A program made the translations under genes and the position numbers. The notes beneath the pieces were generated by a model that made no database searches, was not told where the DNA came from, and saw nothing but the letters and a program-made list of their open reading frames with translations. 64,000 nt of DNA, taken from NCBI GenBank assembly GCA_053919585.1, contig CM132793.1; one strand, 5' to 3'. Source of the stretch: Euprymna scolopes. Taxonomy: Eukaryota. Below are positions 13,718-25,830 of the stretch, piece by piece. The number at the start of each line of letters is the position of its first letter. The stretch's first letter is position 1.

Positions 13718-13924
13718 TAGTTAAATAGAATTGTAGAAGGCGGTACAATGCAGAAGTTAGGGAAAGACACAAGCTGAAGCAGGTGAGAATTTTATTAATA
13801 CAACTTATAAATACATGTGTACATATTCATACATAAAGTTGCATTAATAAATTTCTCACCTACTTCAGCTTGTGTCTTTCCGTTACTTCTGCATTGTACC
13901 GCCTTCTACAATTCTATTAAACTA
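13718..13924. repeat. ~207-bp foldback inverted repeat
   Basis: Arm aatagaattgtagaaggcggtacaatgcagaag...tattaatacaactt pairs with aagttgcattaata...cttctgcattgtaccgccttctacaattctatt; about 5-6 mismatches over ~88 bp. Confidence 0.95.
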
Positions 13925-14989
13925 CATACTATACAACGCTTCAAGCAAACTACACCCACCACTGTATATTTATTTATATTTACCTTACATGTTTAGATAG
14001 TCAAAACTATCTCGCATCCGAAATAGATGATAGTCTTCATCAAATAACTAATACTTCATAGATTTGCGTTAATAATCCGATCTAGTCTGATTGCGCTATA
14101 TTTCGTCATCAGTGCTGATTGAGTTCAGGAAACTGTCTTCACTCACTGGTCGGTTCGAAACGTCCATTATAAACGTACAGTTTATATTCTGAACTTTTCA
14201 CGTTAGTATTTTTTCTAATGGTTAACTTAGCCCATCCATGCTCCTTTACATTATTCCGCCTATTTGTCAGATTCATTTTTTCATGTGTCCCCACCTCCTT
14301 TTTTTTTGTTTATTTATGTCTTTTTCTTTTGTTTTTTTTTCTGGCACGTCAGGTTGTCCTGCGTTACATGCGTTCGGGTGCGTCACCCTGATAATATCAG
14401 ATGAGATCAGAATGTAATTGTCGCCACTGTGTCTATTCTTTCCCAAATCTCAAATCTTTTCTTTTTATGATATATAACAAGACAGAAAGAAGGGGAAGTT
14501 GATTTATGGTCATATTATTATAGGTGGGTGACATTGGTGCAAGTAGATCGGGTGTTAGGGTGTGAGACTTACTATTCCATAAGTACCACATAGACAAAAA
14601 CTTACGCTGGCATAGATAAACGTCTAGACATGAAGTAATAAATATGGAAACAAAAAGGAAGAGTCGGTAGAAATTTATCCAAGCAAGTATGCATTTCAGG
14701 AACTGATTAATCCTTACTATTAACACTCCCTTTCTCTACTTTTTGTATTTGTTCTCTTTTCTCTGTATTATAATCAATTTCTTTTAATATAATGTAGAAA
14801 CTTAGTATAAAAAGTGACTATTCGAGTTTCATTAGGAAAAATGAGGCTACATTAGTTTTTTCTTAACGAAATGAAACAGAAATATGTATGCACATGTGTA
14901 GCTAAGAATTGCGTAAACAATAGTTTTGCTGCTGTGATTGATCACTTTTGTAAAACAATAGTTTCAGTAGATTTGCAAGTCTCAAATAT

Positions 14990-15350
14990 AGTCTCGCATT
15001 ATTTCACAAGTTCCAACCTCTGTCCCATCACGCAAATATACACTTGCGCCTTAAATTCGCATACTCGTGGCCCATGCGATGTACATAAACCCAACTAATC
15101 CTAAACGTAGCAAAATCCCACCCCATACTGTTTACGTCTCTAGATGACGGAAAAACTTACATATTTTCTTCCCTCGGACTACTGTACTAGAGAATTCTCT
15201 ACCTGTTTCCTACCTCCCAGGTTGTACTAAAATACAGAAGTTGAAATTTAATTTGAACAAACAATTCACTGTTCAACTCCCTCGATCACTTGTTAGACAT
15301 TGTTCCAAATACTAAACAGTCACCTATAAGTGGGAATATACCCTGTTTAG
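14990..15350 (+). mobile_element. CR1-Zenon-like LINE, decayed 3' fragment
   Basis: Remnants LFHKFQPLSHH, HTVYVSR and FFPRTTVLENSLPVSYLP..KLKFNLNK. Confidence 0.55.
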
Positions 15351-16587
15351 ATTGAAATGATAACAAAATATCTACGAAACGATAGAATGATTGGATTATA
15401 GGCACCTAGAAATAAGAATGGCGTGTAATCTATATATCTTTAAGAGTGTATATGTATGTGAGACTATCTCTGAAACTATATTCTCAACGATTTTTTGCCT
15501 ACAGACTTGAATATTAGTATACAGTAAAAGCACACATGTGGAAAAGTTTTTTTTTTTCAAATTATTCAAAAAGTCTAGTGTATACCCTTGCATATAAAAA
15601 CTCGTACATTAATAAATGTACTTTTTTTTTGCAATTTACAATGTATTATATTAGGGCTGCTGCATAGAGCTGATTAAACATAAACGCTGTTAGACTTGAA
15701 TTATCGAAGATATATTCTTTAGAGTAATAAAATGATCTCCGCCGTTTTATTTCGGCCAAAGTTAGGAATTGTGCTCTTCTATCTAAAAAAAGCAAACACT
15801 TTGTTCGATGCATGTGCAGATGTTCAGAAGGATTCTGTTCCCGAGTAAATATTCGCTGTTATAGAACGTACTTTAACCATCTAATTATTCTAAATAGAAT
15901 TTACAAACATTCGATGAAGTTGTATGGCTTCTATTTCTGGTAATATTACATTAGATGTCCAACATCAGACATATTATGGTTTACATTGTATATTTTCTAT
16001 CTTGTGCATTTGTAAACATGTATTTTATTTTTGGGAGCCACTAATCAATTTTTTCTTTACTAATTATCTAAGTAGATTCCATCATTTGCTTATATTAAAT
16101 ACTAATCTTCAGATTTTTGGATCTATGTTTTCCATTTGTCTTCGACAAAATATTTTTGCAACAACGATAACAATACCTCATAAATTTTTCTGTATAATAG
16201 CACTTTCCTCTTTCTTTCGACTTCGTGTTTGTTACCCACATTGAAACAATGAATACATAAATGGGAATATACAGCCATAAACTTTGTCGGGAATATATAA
16301 AATATATTCGTTAGCTGAACATTAACAGAAATGAATGAAACAAAACCATGAATTAATAAAATATGCGTGAATCGTACGTACCTCAAGCCAAAACGCTATT
16401 ATTTAAAGTTTTCATTCTCTAAATATTCATATAAAAACAGATTTTAATTGTACGTCAAACTTGTTTATCTTTGCGAGTCGTGTTGAAGCATAAAACAAAA
16501 CATTAAGAAAGAAAACAGTCCTTGGCAAATTTTTTTATATGGAATATGTAAAATGAAATAGACATTTATGTCAACCTAAATTATATG

Positions 16588-16756
16588 NNNNNNNNNNNNN
16601 NNNNNNNNNNNNNNNNNNNNNNNNNNNNNNNNNNNNNNNNNNNNNNNNNNNNNNNNNNNNNNNNNNNNNNNNNNNNNNNNNNNNNNNNNNNNNNNNNNNN
16701 NNNNNNNNNNNNNNNNNNNNNNNNNNNNNNNNNNNNNNNNNNNNNNNNNNNNNNNN
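16588..16756. other. Assembly gap (N run)
   Basis: Run of n. Confidence 1.
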
Positions 16757-16879
16757 CAATCAAGGGCCCGAGGTTAACATGTCTCCCGATGACTGTAAAA
16801 AACATCTATCTTCGACGACTAGTGGTAACACCGAAATGTTGATAGATTCGCTGAAAATTCAACCAATGGTAAAATATAT

Positions 16880-17145
16880 ATGGCATAATCATGAAGTTAA
16901 GCAACGTTGAGACTGGTCATTACTAAAATGGGTGACCAATTTGGGAGGTCCAGGTGCTGTATGTAGGAGGACGTCAACACTTGCCTGCAAAAAGTTGCAA
17001 AAACCTAACGTCATCATCTCCCCTAACGGAGGATATACATGCGACTGGGGACCGCTTGTGAATTTCATACTCACATGAAACTTCCTCCTTCGGAGGAAGC
17101 CGGTTAAACCCTGATTAGGGTTGGTGCTGACTGCACACAATGTTT
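16880..17145 (+). mobile_element. 5S rRNA-derived SINE3-like element (head with internal deletion)
   Basis: ggcataatca-tgaagttaagcaacgttgagactggtcattactaaaatgggtgacc..gggaggtccaggtgctgta has 5S box A and box C. The body carries small hairpins (cttcctc/gaggaag; aaccct/agggtt). Confidence 0.75.
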
Positions 17146-17429
17146 AAATAATTTTATACAAGTACTTCTGAGAATTGTGCACTTTTAACAAAGTATGGCT
17201 TCTAATGCAACGTTTTCAATATGCTGAATTAGTAGTTAGAGAGAAGAAACTACTAAAGCTGATGTTTTTTCCGGCATAAATGTATATCTTCAGTTTAGGA
17301 GTGGGACTTTGCTGTTTGTAGGCTTAATCAGCGGGATTAACGTCGAGGGGTTACAAGTCCGTTGTTTTTCTAAGCACATTTCATTACAAAAGTTGTATAT
17401 GAGGCACAGGAAGAATGGTGTGATCTTTC

Positions 17430-18345
17430 TACCGTCCAGCAGATATCTCGGTGATGATGCAATTATCTATCTATATAAAAGCCAAGTACGTCCAGGGATA
17501 GAGTATTGTTGCTACATCTGATCGGGAGCTGCTAGAAGCAGCTTATCCTGCCTTGACAAAACAGACTTCGTAACAGTGGGGGATGCCCTCTTCTCTTTCC
17601 TGCAACCTCTTTCCCACAGAAGGGACGTCGCGAGCCTTTGTTTTATCGTTACTTCCACGGCAAGTAGTCCTGGATATAACCTTAAACTATATCCAGTGGT
17701 GAGGCCCCAGCTTACGGGCTTTGAGGAGTGTGGAGCATCCTTTGATTACCATTGCTCCCAGGTCCACTCTGACCCGGAGTGGTAGTACCTGTTAGGGTCG
17801 CAACTATGGGTTAAATAGAATCCGGCTTGAAAACAAAAAATCTATTCTATTAAAATATTTTTCTTTAAAATCTTTGGATTCAGTATTAAAAAACCTGAAA
17901 AGGGTTGATATGCTATAAAACAAAAACCAACAACCAATCCACGGCAAGTGCTCGTCTGAGCTCCAATCTCTTCCCCTCCCTCTCGCCAATCTTTCTCGAC
18001 AAACACCCGTCTAGCTGAAACCACTGTCAATAATTTTCTCCACTCTTTAACTCTGCCTAAATCAAAACGTAGATTCCTTGAACAATACTTTCTCAGAGCT
18101 GCACGCCTGTGGCACTCTTTCGTTCTCCTGCTTCTCAGCTGACTACAACTTGGATATCTTCATGTCCAACATAAACAAATTGTTGATGAACCGCCCCATA
18201 AGTAATGCAATCTACCAAATGTCAATTAATAACGACTACTATGATATTATACCATTGATTACTGTACACGCCATGACCCTTATCCTCGAGTTGCACCAGG
18301 TCCTTGATAAGTAGTGAATATGTAAAAAAAAAAAGGAAAAAAAAA
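17430..18345 (+). mobile_element. CR1-Zenon-like LINE 3' end interrupted by a SINE insertion
   Basis: YLYKSQVRPGIEYCCYI*SGAARSSLSCLDK and GDALFSFLQPLSHRRDVASLC; the sequence resumes after 17950 with CSSELQSL. It ends with the family 3' UTR and A-tail. Confidence 0.88.
17666..17938 (+). mobile_element. SINE-like retroposon with (AACC)n-type tail, copy 1
   Basis: 12-bp TSD tccacggcaagt (17654-17665 and 17939-17950); collinear with 31636-31898. Confidence 0.9.
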
Positions 18346-20772
18346 GTACAATATGCTGGTGATGAGACAGTTGAATTTGGTTGATAGTGCGAGACCTATT
18401 AGGTTTGAATCTTCATTGGATCTTTTCTAAGAGCGAAAAACAAGAGATGCATGCATGCACTAACGCAGATGTGACAAAAGTACCCGCATGAATGGGCGAT
18501 TCCTTCCTTTTTAGAGGTACAGGATACTCAGGTGTGAGTAATTTACTAGCACGTTAGAAAGCCCGACATTTTCGCAGCAGGCATGGCAATGATTTCAATA
18601 TTTTTTCAATTCATTATGTCTGTAAATGTTAAGCCATGGAGTTTAAACGAAACGCATCCACGTTGCATTTTATACATCATGGCAATGTAAAGTTTGAGAG
18701 GATTCCTTGTAGTTGCTAATGGAAGGATTACTTTAAACAGCATTGAATGTTATCATGCATTTACGTTCCCATTCCACTACAGACCAAATCTTAAATATGT
18801 GTTCATTCGTTTTATCATCGTCTTTTATGGCGATGTCTTAAGAAAATATATCCATATCAGGGATAATAAACATCAACACCTTTGGCAAGCACCCATTTAT
18901 TTTGACGTACAATCATCGAGAATAACCTGAATTTCTCTCCTTGTCTAAAAAGGATTTGATTATATTAAGTATTTGTCCATAACATATGATTTAATTTGCA
19001 TGAGAAAACCTTCGTGCCAAATTCTGTCAATGTACTTAAATATATCTTGGACTACTGCCCTAACCTCCCCTCCATTGCTATATATTTTTAATGATTTTTA
19101 GGCTGTCTGCAATAGAACGAGCTTGCTTAAATCCATACTCTGGGTCGAAAAGATGCTTGATTAAGGACTCTATATTTTATCGAAGAGAGGAAGGACGCCA
19201 ATGGAACTGTAATTGAGTGGGTCAGTTATTTCACGTTCTTGAAAACTGATAGCATAGAAGGAATTTTTAGAAAAGTATATTATGGATGAGGTAAGACCAA
19301 CACGACTTAAGATCTACAGACGTTTTTATCGAATGTAAGTTGTTAGCTTGTGTGTGGCATTTCGCAAATGGACATTTGAGAAGGGGTGTTTGTTCCTATT
19401 TACAATGTTTCCCCACGGGATAGAATTAGACACCAGGGTCGTTTTTTAACGTGGAGAGGAGGAGGTGGGTGTTTGTTGTCTAAAGTAGAGTGGGAGAGGA
19501 ACTACCAGGCAAGTATGCTGGCGTTTCGCGGTTTCCGTGCAAACAACTGCATGGTTGTTGGATAGTGGGTGAATTGTAAATTGCTCCTTATATACTACAA
19601 TGTTATAAATTTCCAATAAATCGCGCATTACTTATTTCTGCGACTCCATGCATTGTTCTGGTGATTCACTATGTTTTCGGTATTTCACTCTAACAATTAT
19701 TTCTAGCTTCCACATATTTTGTCTATTTCTACTGAACTTTTGTTTTGCATTTTCGTAAAAGTTAAAATGCACTTATCATTTTAATGGATAAACATAGACT
19801 TCAGTTTTACGCCTAGCTTAGTATCAGATACTATTTCGTTAATGGTGATACGAGCGGCAGAAAATTAAGTTGTAAACCAAAATAAGGAATGAAAAATGAT
19901 TAGAACCGTTTTAGACATGGGGAAATAGGCACAGTATTTTCCTATACTGATTCTTACACACAATAATTCTGATTTTTTTTTTCTGATTTCGATTAATTGT
20001 CCCAACATAAGATTTCAGATATTTTCGTATAATTCGTTAATCAGTAACATTGCCTTTCAGCGTAGTACGTATCGGATTCTCTTGCCCATGAAGCAAGATT
20101 TCTATTTCTCACTAATCTCTGATACCGATGGGAACAATACAGCATATATGGGCTACCTAGAGTTCATAGATAAATTCCGCCCAGTGAAGCTTTTTCATAT
20201 CGCCCCTAGAGACCTTTAATAAGGATGATCATTATAAGAAAAGATTAAAATAAATTCAAAAGGGAGTATCGGAAACATCGCAACATACAACGGAAGCATT
20301 GGGGCTTATCTCAGATTAAAACGAAATCCATGCATTTCAGAGCATATATTCATAGAAAAACATGTGTATTAATCATTGTATTGATAAGGTTTAAAGAGAT
20401 GTCAGAATTGTACTTATATCTAATTTTCCGATAAAGATTATTTTTGATAATTGTATCAACTATTAAATGATTCAATATTTGGATCCAAATATTTCTAGTA
20501 TATACTAATGTAAGTATATACGCGCAGTTTATCCTTAACGTGATAGCCCGCCTCGCGCTTGATTACACTTGATGCACATATGAAAAAAGATTGTAATGTA
20601 TAGTGTTATAATAAATGACATCTTATTGAACATTGTTTTTATCTATATAAAGTAACAGAAGTATACTATCTCTCTCTCAATATATATATACATATATATG
20701 TACACACAAAATTGAAGAATTGAACAAATATATATATATATATACAAAATTGAAGAATTGAACAAATATATA

Positions 20773-20919
20773 NNNNNNNNNNNNNNNNNNNNNNNNNNNN
20801 NNNNNNNNNNNNNNNNNNNNNNNNNNNNNNNNNNNNNNNNNNNNNNNNNNNNNNNNNNNNNNNNNNNNNNNNNNNNNNNNNNNNNNNNNNNNNNNNNNNN
20901 NNNNNNNNNNNNNNNNNNN
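20773..20919. other. Assembly gap, preceded by a TA-rich minisatellite (acaaaattgaagaattgaacaaatatata x2)
   Basis: Run of n; a repeated unit lies at 20706-20772. Confidence 0.95.
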
Positions 20920-20949
20920 AATATTAAAACTTTCAAACTTACACAAATA

Positions 20950-21597
20950 TAAGCGCTATGTCTGTAAATATGTGGGGGTTTTATGTCTGTGTTCTCAAGA
21001 TTTAGAGAATCTACATAAAATGTATATTTTTATATAATAATGTTTATCGAGTAAGATGATGGAAAAATGCCTAAATCACTATGTTCACTCTGAATAGCAC
21101 TATGACGGCATAACATCCTTCTAACGTTAAGTACATCCTATCTTATTAAAAATTATATCGTATGTGTAAAATTACGCTGGTAAAACAAAGAAATGGGCCC
21201 ACTTTTTGTTCTCTCTTTAATGAGATAAAATACTTCAACTTCAAATAGGTATATTGGATTGTAATTAAATTTTGAATGTATAATATACTAATTTAGATTT
21301 TTCAAAAATTTCAGCTTCTCACAATGTTAGTAGCAACTGGCAATACAAATGTAATCCCGTTATCTGCATAGTAAAATGGATCTAGTAGTGATCTTTATTC
21401 AGTCTCGTCAACATCGGATCTGCCTGGTACTTGTCGATATAGAGCAAATCATTTTGATTATTTCTGACTACAATTCCCATTAGAAGTGTTATCATACTAA
21501 TATTTCAACCGATGTCATCTAACTTATTCGTTTGCATTTTGTCAAACTCTGGAATTTGCACGAAATTGCGGACGGAACACGGGTTAGCATGAGCTAG
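20950..21597 (+). mobile_element. Probable non-autonomous Helitron
   Basis: GC-rich subterminal segment gcggacggaacacggg followed by CTAG|T at 21594-21598. The 5' boundary is approximate. Confidence 0.35.
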
Positions 21598-22160
21598 TTT
21601 TATTAAATTTTGGGTACGACAGATAAATTGCAAATTTCAATAAGATACGCATGAAGAAAAGTGGAAGGCTACATCGAGTGAAACGTTTTCAGGATAGCAC
21701 TCAACATAAGAGCAGTAGAGTTAGTAATTCAAATAATACAAATGATTTAAACTCATCTCAAAAACTCATACAAAATTAGAAATCATGTGAATTAAGAACG
21801 CAAAACAAAAACTCATATTATGTCTGTTATAGACACTACTCATATTTTTTCCATTAATCATTGTTAATTACGACATGACACGCCATACTATCCTTAATAT
21901 TGAGATTTTTGCCGTTTTTCTACACAAGTATAAAATACAAAAGATTTGCATACGTACAACATCCGTCTGATCTTTTCGTAATACGAACGACAGTTTGAGA
22001 AATATTTTGCTTAGGTTCAGTCACATGCAAACGAATCATCTGCAACCTTTCGATCTTTATACTGGGTTTGAAGTTATTTATCCTGCAAATTATTCCATGA
22101 GGAAAATATAACAGTATTTAAAACTATGGGTATATGAGCAGTATTTCCCATAAAATACAG

Positions 22161-22430
22161 AAATTCGAATAAAACTACGAAACGTCTAAATAAAAGTTAA
22201 TATACGTAAAAAAAAAATGTGGGGCATGCTGCTTAAGTGTATTAACAGTATTTGAACACTTTAAAATATTTATTTAACAATAAGTACTTTCTAAAAGTTT
22301 ATCTAATTTGTATTTAATTGAAATTCGAATAAAACTACGAACACTCTAAAAGTTAATGTACGCAGAACTAATGGATATGTGGATCATGCTGTTTTATTGC
22401 AATAACAATATTGATACACTTAAAATATTA
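22161..22430. repeat. Diverged tandem duplication, period ~160 bp
   Basis: aaattcgaataaaactacgaa occurs at 22161 and 22321, with collinear downstream similarity. Confidence 0.8.
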
Positions 22431-22434
22431 ACAA

Positions 22435-22700
22435 CTAGCATTTCAGCCCGGCCTTGCCCGGGTGTTTGGAGGTGCATGTTGAGCAAGAAAAAAAAAGGCG
22501 TCAATTTTTTAAAAACTTTGACCCCTATTATGACCCCTTCACAATTATTGTTTTGGGTTCAAATCAAGTTAAGTTAGACCCATGTCCAAGTAACCTATAT
22601 ATAAAATTTAAATTGTTTATACCCAAAATTGGCGGAGGAGTTTGGTAGAGTTCTCAAAGGTCAAATCGTTGACCTTTGCCCCCTTTCCAGGCAATTTCTT
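22435..22700 (-). mobile_element. Helitron-like 3' end
   Basis: A|CTAG at 22434-22438 next to the hairpin cccggccttgcccggg. Confidence 0.5.
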
Positions 22701-23080
22701 GGCAGAAAACGAATTACAAAGGGTTTCCCCCACATTACTTTATACTTATACCCCGTCCAGCTGAAACCACTCTCAATAATGTTCCCTATTCTTTATCTGT
22801 GCCTAAATCAAAACGTAGTTTCCATGAACAAAGCTTCTTTCTTAGAAGTGCACGCTTGTGGAACTGTTCCTTTTGCCTGTTTCCCACCTGACTACAACTC
22901 GGATGTCTTCAAGTCCAATATAAACAAATTCCTGATAAACTGACCCCTTAAGTAAGACACATTATACAATGTCGATTACTAACGATTACTACGATATTAT
23001 CCCATTGATTACTGTACACGTAATAACCCTTATCCCCCAGTGGCTTCCCGACCTTGATAAGTGGTGACTACCATGTAAAA
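22700..23080 (+). mobile_element. CR1-Zenon-like LINE 3' end
   Basis: PKSKRSFHEQSFFLRSARLWNC and FACFPPDYNSDVFKSNINKFLIN, plus the family 3' UTR acccttatcccccagtggcttcccgaccttgataagtggtgac. Confidence 0.88.
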
Positions 23081-23182
23081 ATTTTTTTTCGATATATCCT
23101 TCTTCCCTTTTGAATTGTATTGTACATTTTTGGCAGTGTAGTCTCGTGTTGGCAGTGGGTGTTTGTGTCATATGTATGCGTG

Positions 23183-23186
<4 letters not shown>

Positions 23187-23252
<66 letters not shown>
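23187..23252. repeat. (TA)n microsatellite
   Basis: Perfect dinucleotide run. Confidence 0.97.
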
Positions 23253-23254
<2 letters not shown>

Positions 23255-25179
23255 GTCAATTAAACTGATTAAGTTTTTTTGCGGTTGTGTATTATGTGAT
23301 ATGAATCTGCTTTTAACCGACCACATTTAAGCAAATCTAACAAAACGCGAATTACACTACGCTTTACTTATATATCCTTTTGTTTGTCTTTCTCTTAATA
23401 TTGTACTCTCTGCAGTTTAATTATTCTTGCTCAAACAAGCCATCATCAAATATTACTCACTGATAAGAACGGCTTGTATTTACGCTCCACCTATTTATAT
23501 AATGTTTGCAATTGAATTTGCGTTATCGCAACAGCCGTTGCCATTGTTTTATCGTCGCCAATTTAAACATAGCGCATATAGACGCGTGGGAAAATATCTA
23601 CAACAGCTGTAGGATAGCTGTCTTGTGAGGATATTAGCAGAATAGCCGTAAAAAGCACATGTGCAAATTAGGCAGTGCCTGCGGGATTTGCGTGACAAGG
23701 AAAAACAAGGACACCACGTGGTCGCGCGAAAAAAAAAGTCTGCACCAGAGTGTGAAGTTGGAAGAGAAAGAAAAACTTGAGGTGGACGTGTGGCCCCGTA
23801 ATAGCGGCAAGAGACTTTTAAGCTCGTATCGAGATGGCCTGGTTTTGTTAACCTCATGGGAGACGACATGAACTGTTTGATAAAACAAGAAGCAGACATT
23901 GTTTGGAAAATGTTAATAACTGCCATATGCTGAAACAGAAGGAAAGGCAGAGCCAAATTTATTCAATTTTGTTTGTTATTGCAACGTCACAATGACCATT
24001 GGACCTCACAGAAATTTGGGTGGCAATAAGTCTTTCTGAGCTACTAATCCTTTTTGCACTTACCGAATGGAGTGCATGTTAGCGGTTTCTTTTATCTCTT
24101 TCAATCTTTTCCGACTTTTCTTGACTGTTAGGTGCATTACCAGTCGGTGTTAATATTATAATTTTGTTGCACTGCTAGTCGGTGTCAATATTATGATTTT
24201 ATTTTAGAGGACATAGTTAATTAACCATTTCGCTGTACTTTTTCTAAATAACGCTGCGTATGACTCTAATGTGATAGATGCGAGTTTATAAGTGTAGCGG
24301 ATGTCTCTCGCTAGTTTTAATGGGTATTTATATGGCTGATGTAATTTTGCAATGAGCCGGTTCTTAGAAAATATTGTAATTGAAAAATATTTTTTTTCTG
24401 GTTTATGATTAGATGCGAGAAAACTAGACATGTTTATACCATAAAAAAGCAAAAAGAGCGCAGAAGGCATGTATTCACAAAAGATATATATATATATATA
24501 CATAATATTTTCTCTCAATTTTCGGATTTTGTAATCATGGGCATATGTATTTTGTTTAAATTGATAAGTGCTTGCTCTTATTAGTTAAGTGCGGAATAAA
24601 TTCATTGATTAAATAAATTAATGATTTTTGCGCTACGAAACCGGTGCTATCAAGAATTGTGCATGGCACCCTACTTCAAGGAATAAATGGTAAGATAGTC
24701 GACATGTTTAAATTTGGAATATAGACGTGCCATTTATTATAAGGTATGTAATTACATCCAGCTTCATTAATTAAAGCATTGATATGAATGAAATGTAAAA
24801 TATATTCGCGGAAACATTTTCACACATACACATTCATTTTAAATCGAAGTATACAGATATAAAATACATGGGTGTTCGAAATCATTTCTAGAGTTCTTGT
24901 AAAACTAAGAGAAATCATTAGTTGAGATATGGAAGAATTATGAATCGATTAAGAGCCATGCGTTAAAGGGGTTAAAAAATCCTTATCCAAATTTGTACAT
25001 TCATAAAAATTTTATTCAATTTCATTAACTTTTATTTATAAAACTCAATGTTCATTCGATTTCATACTAGGGTTCAGTAAGGAAGTGTTGGGCACTTCAA
25101 CGAAAAAGGTAGGTTTTCGTTAAACAAACGATAACTAAGGATTTAAGAAGTTTGCGGGCGTGTCACTCTTTGTAAGTGT

Positions 25180-25830
25180 AAGTATGCGTGCGTTTACACG
25201 CCAACAGGATCGAAGCCTAATGTTGGGACTTGGAGAACGCTGGTCCGTGAATTTTAGATCAACATGTTTATTGAAGCAAAATATGGCCTTTTAACCAGTC
25301 GACCTTACCCCTCTATACATCTTAGATAGATACGCACTACATATGTCTAGTAGTGCTGCGCTTCTAACACTGTATTTGTTCTGTTTGTGTTTCAGGGTGC
25401 ATAGATCATCCTTTGATGTGTTATGAATAAAGGAAGATACCTATCTATGATCCATGCATCATTTTACACGACTGACGTTTTATGTTTTTTTGTTTTTTGG
25501 TTTTCATCAGAAAAATGTTCGAATTGGTGTGAGGGGACAAAAAGGCAGCGAAGAGAGAATGATGGCGCGTCCGGTGTACAAAAGAGTCATTCAAGTTTGT
25601 GTACTCTACAAATGGAAGAGTAACAAAGGGAGATAGATAGATACGCACTAGATATGTCTAGTAGTGTTGCACTTCTAACACTGTATTTGTTCTGTTTGTG
25701 TTTCAGGATGCATAGATCATCCTTTGATGTGTTATGAATAAAGGAAGATACCTATCTACATCTGGCACCTGGTAGTTTCAAATGGTCATCCTTCTGGTAA
25801 CGTTGTTGATCTGACGAAAACCGGAAACTT
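25180..25830 (-). mobile_element. Decayed 5S-headed SINE3-like element split by the TRIM insertion
   Basis: Minus strand 25830-25764 reads ccggttttcgtcagatcaacaacgttaccagaaggatgaccatttgaaactaccaggtgcc, a 5S head with deletions. The putative body continues left of 25318. Confidence 0.5.
25323..25758 (+). mobile_element. TRIM (miniature LTR retrotransposon), possibly BEL/Pao-derived
   Basis: Two 125-bp direct repeats (25323-25447, 25634-25758; 4 differences) with inverted termini TAGATAG/CTATCTA and an internal AATAAA. Purine tract aaagggaga precedes the 3' LTR; 5-bp TSD catct (25318-25322, 25759-25763). Confidence 0.8.

Noticed and set aside
17666-17800. HDV-like ribozyme at the SINE 5' end
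   Set aside because: GTCCTGG pairs 6/7 with CCAGGTC, but I could not build P3/L3, the P1.1 GG or J4/2-P2.
23549-23956. Longer ORFs 23549-23956, 36673-37068 and 61733-62146 as host genes
   Set aside because: No recognisable domain and atypical composition; lengths are compatible with chance in locally GC-richer DNA.
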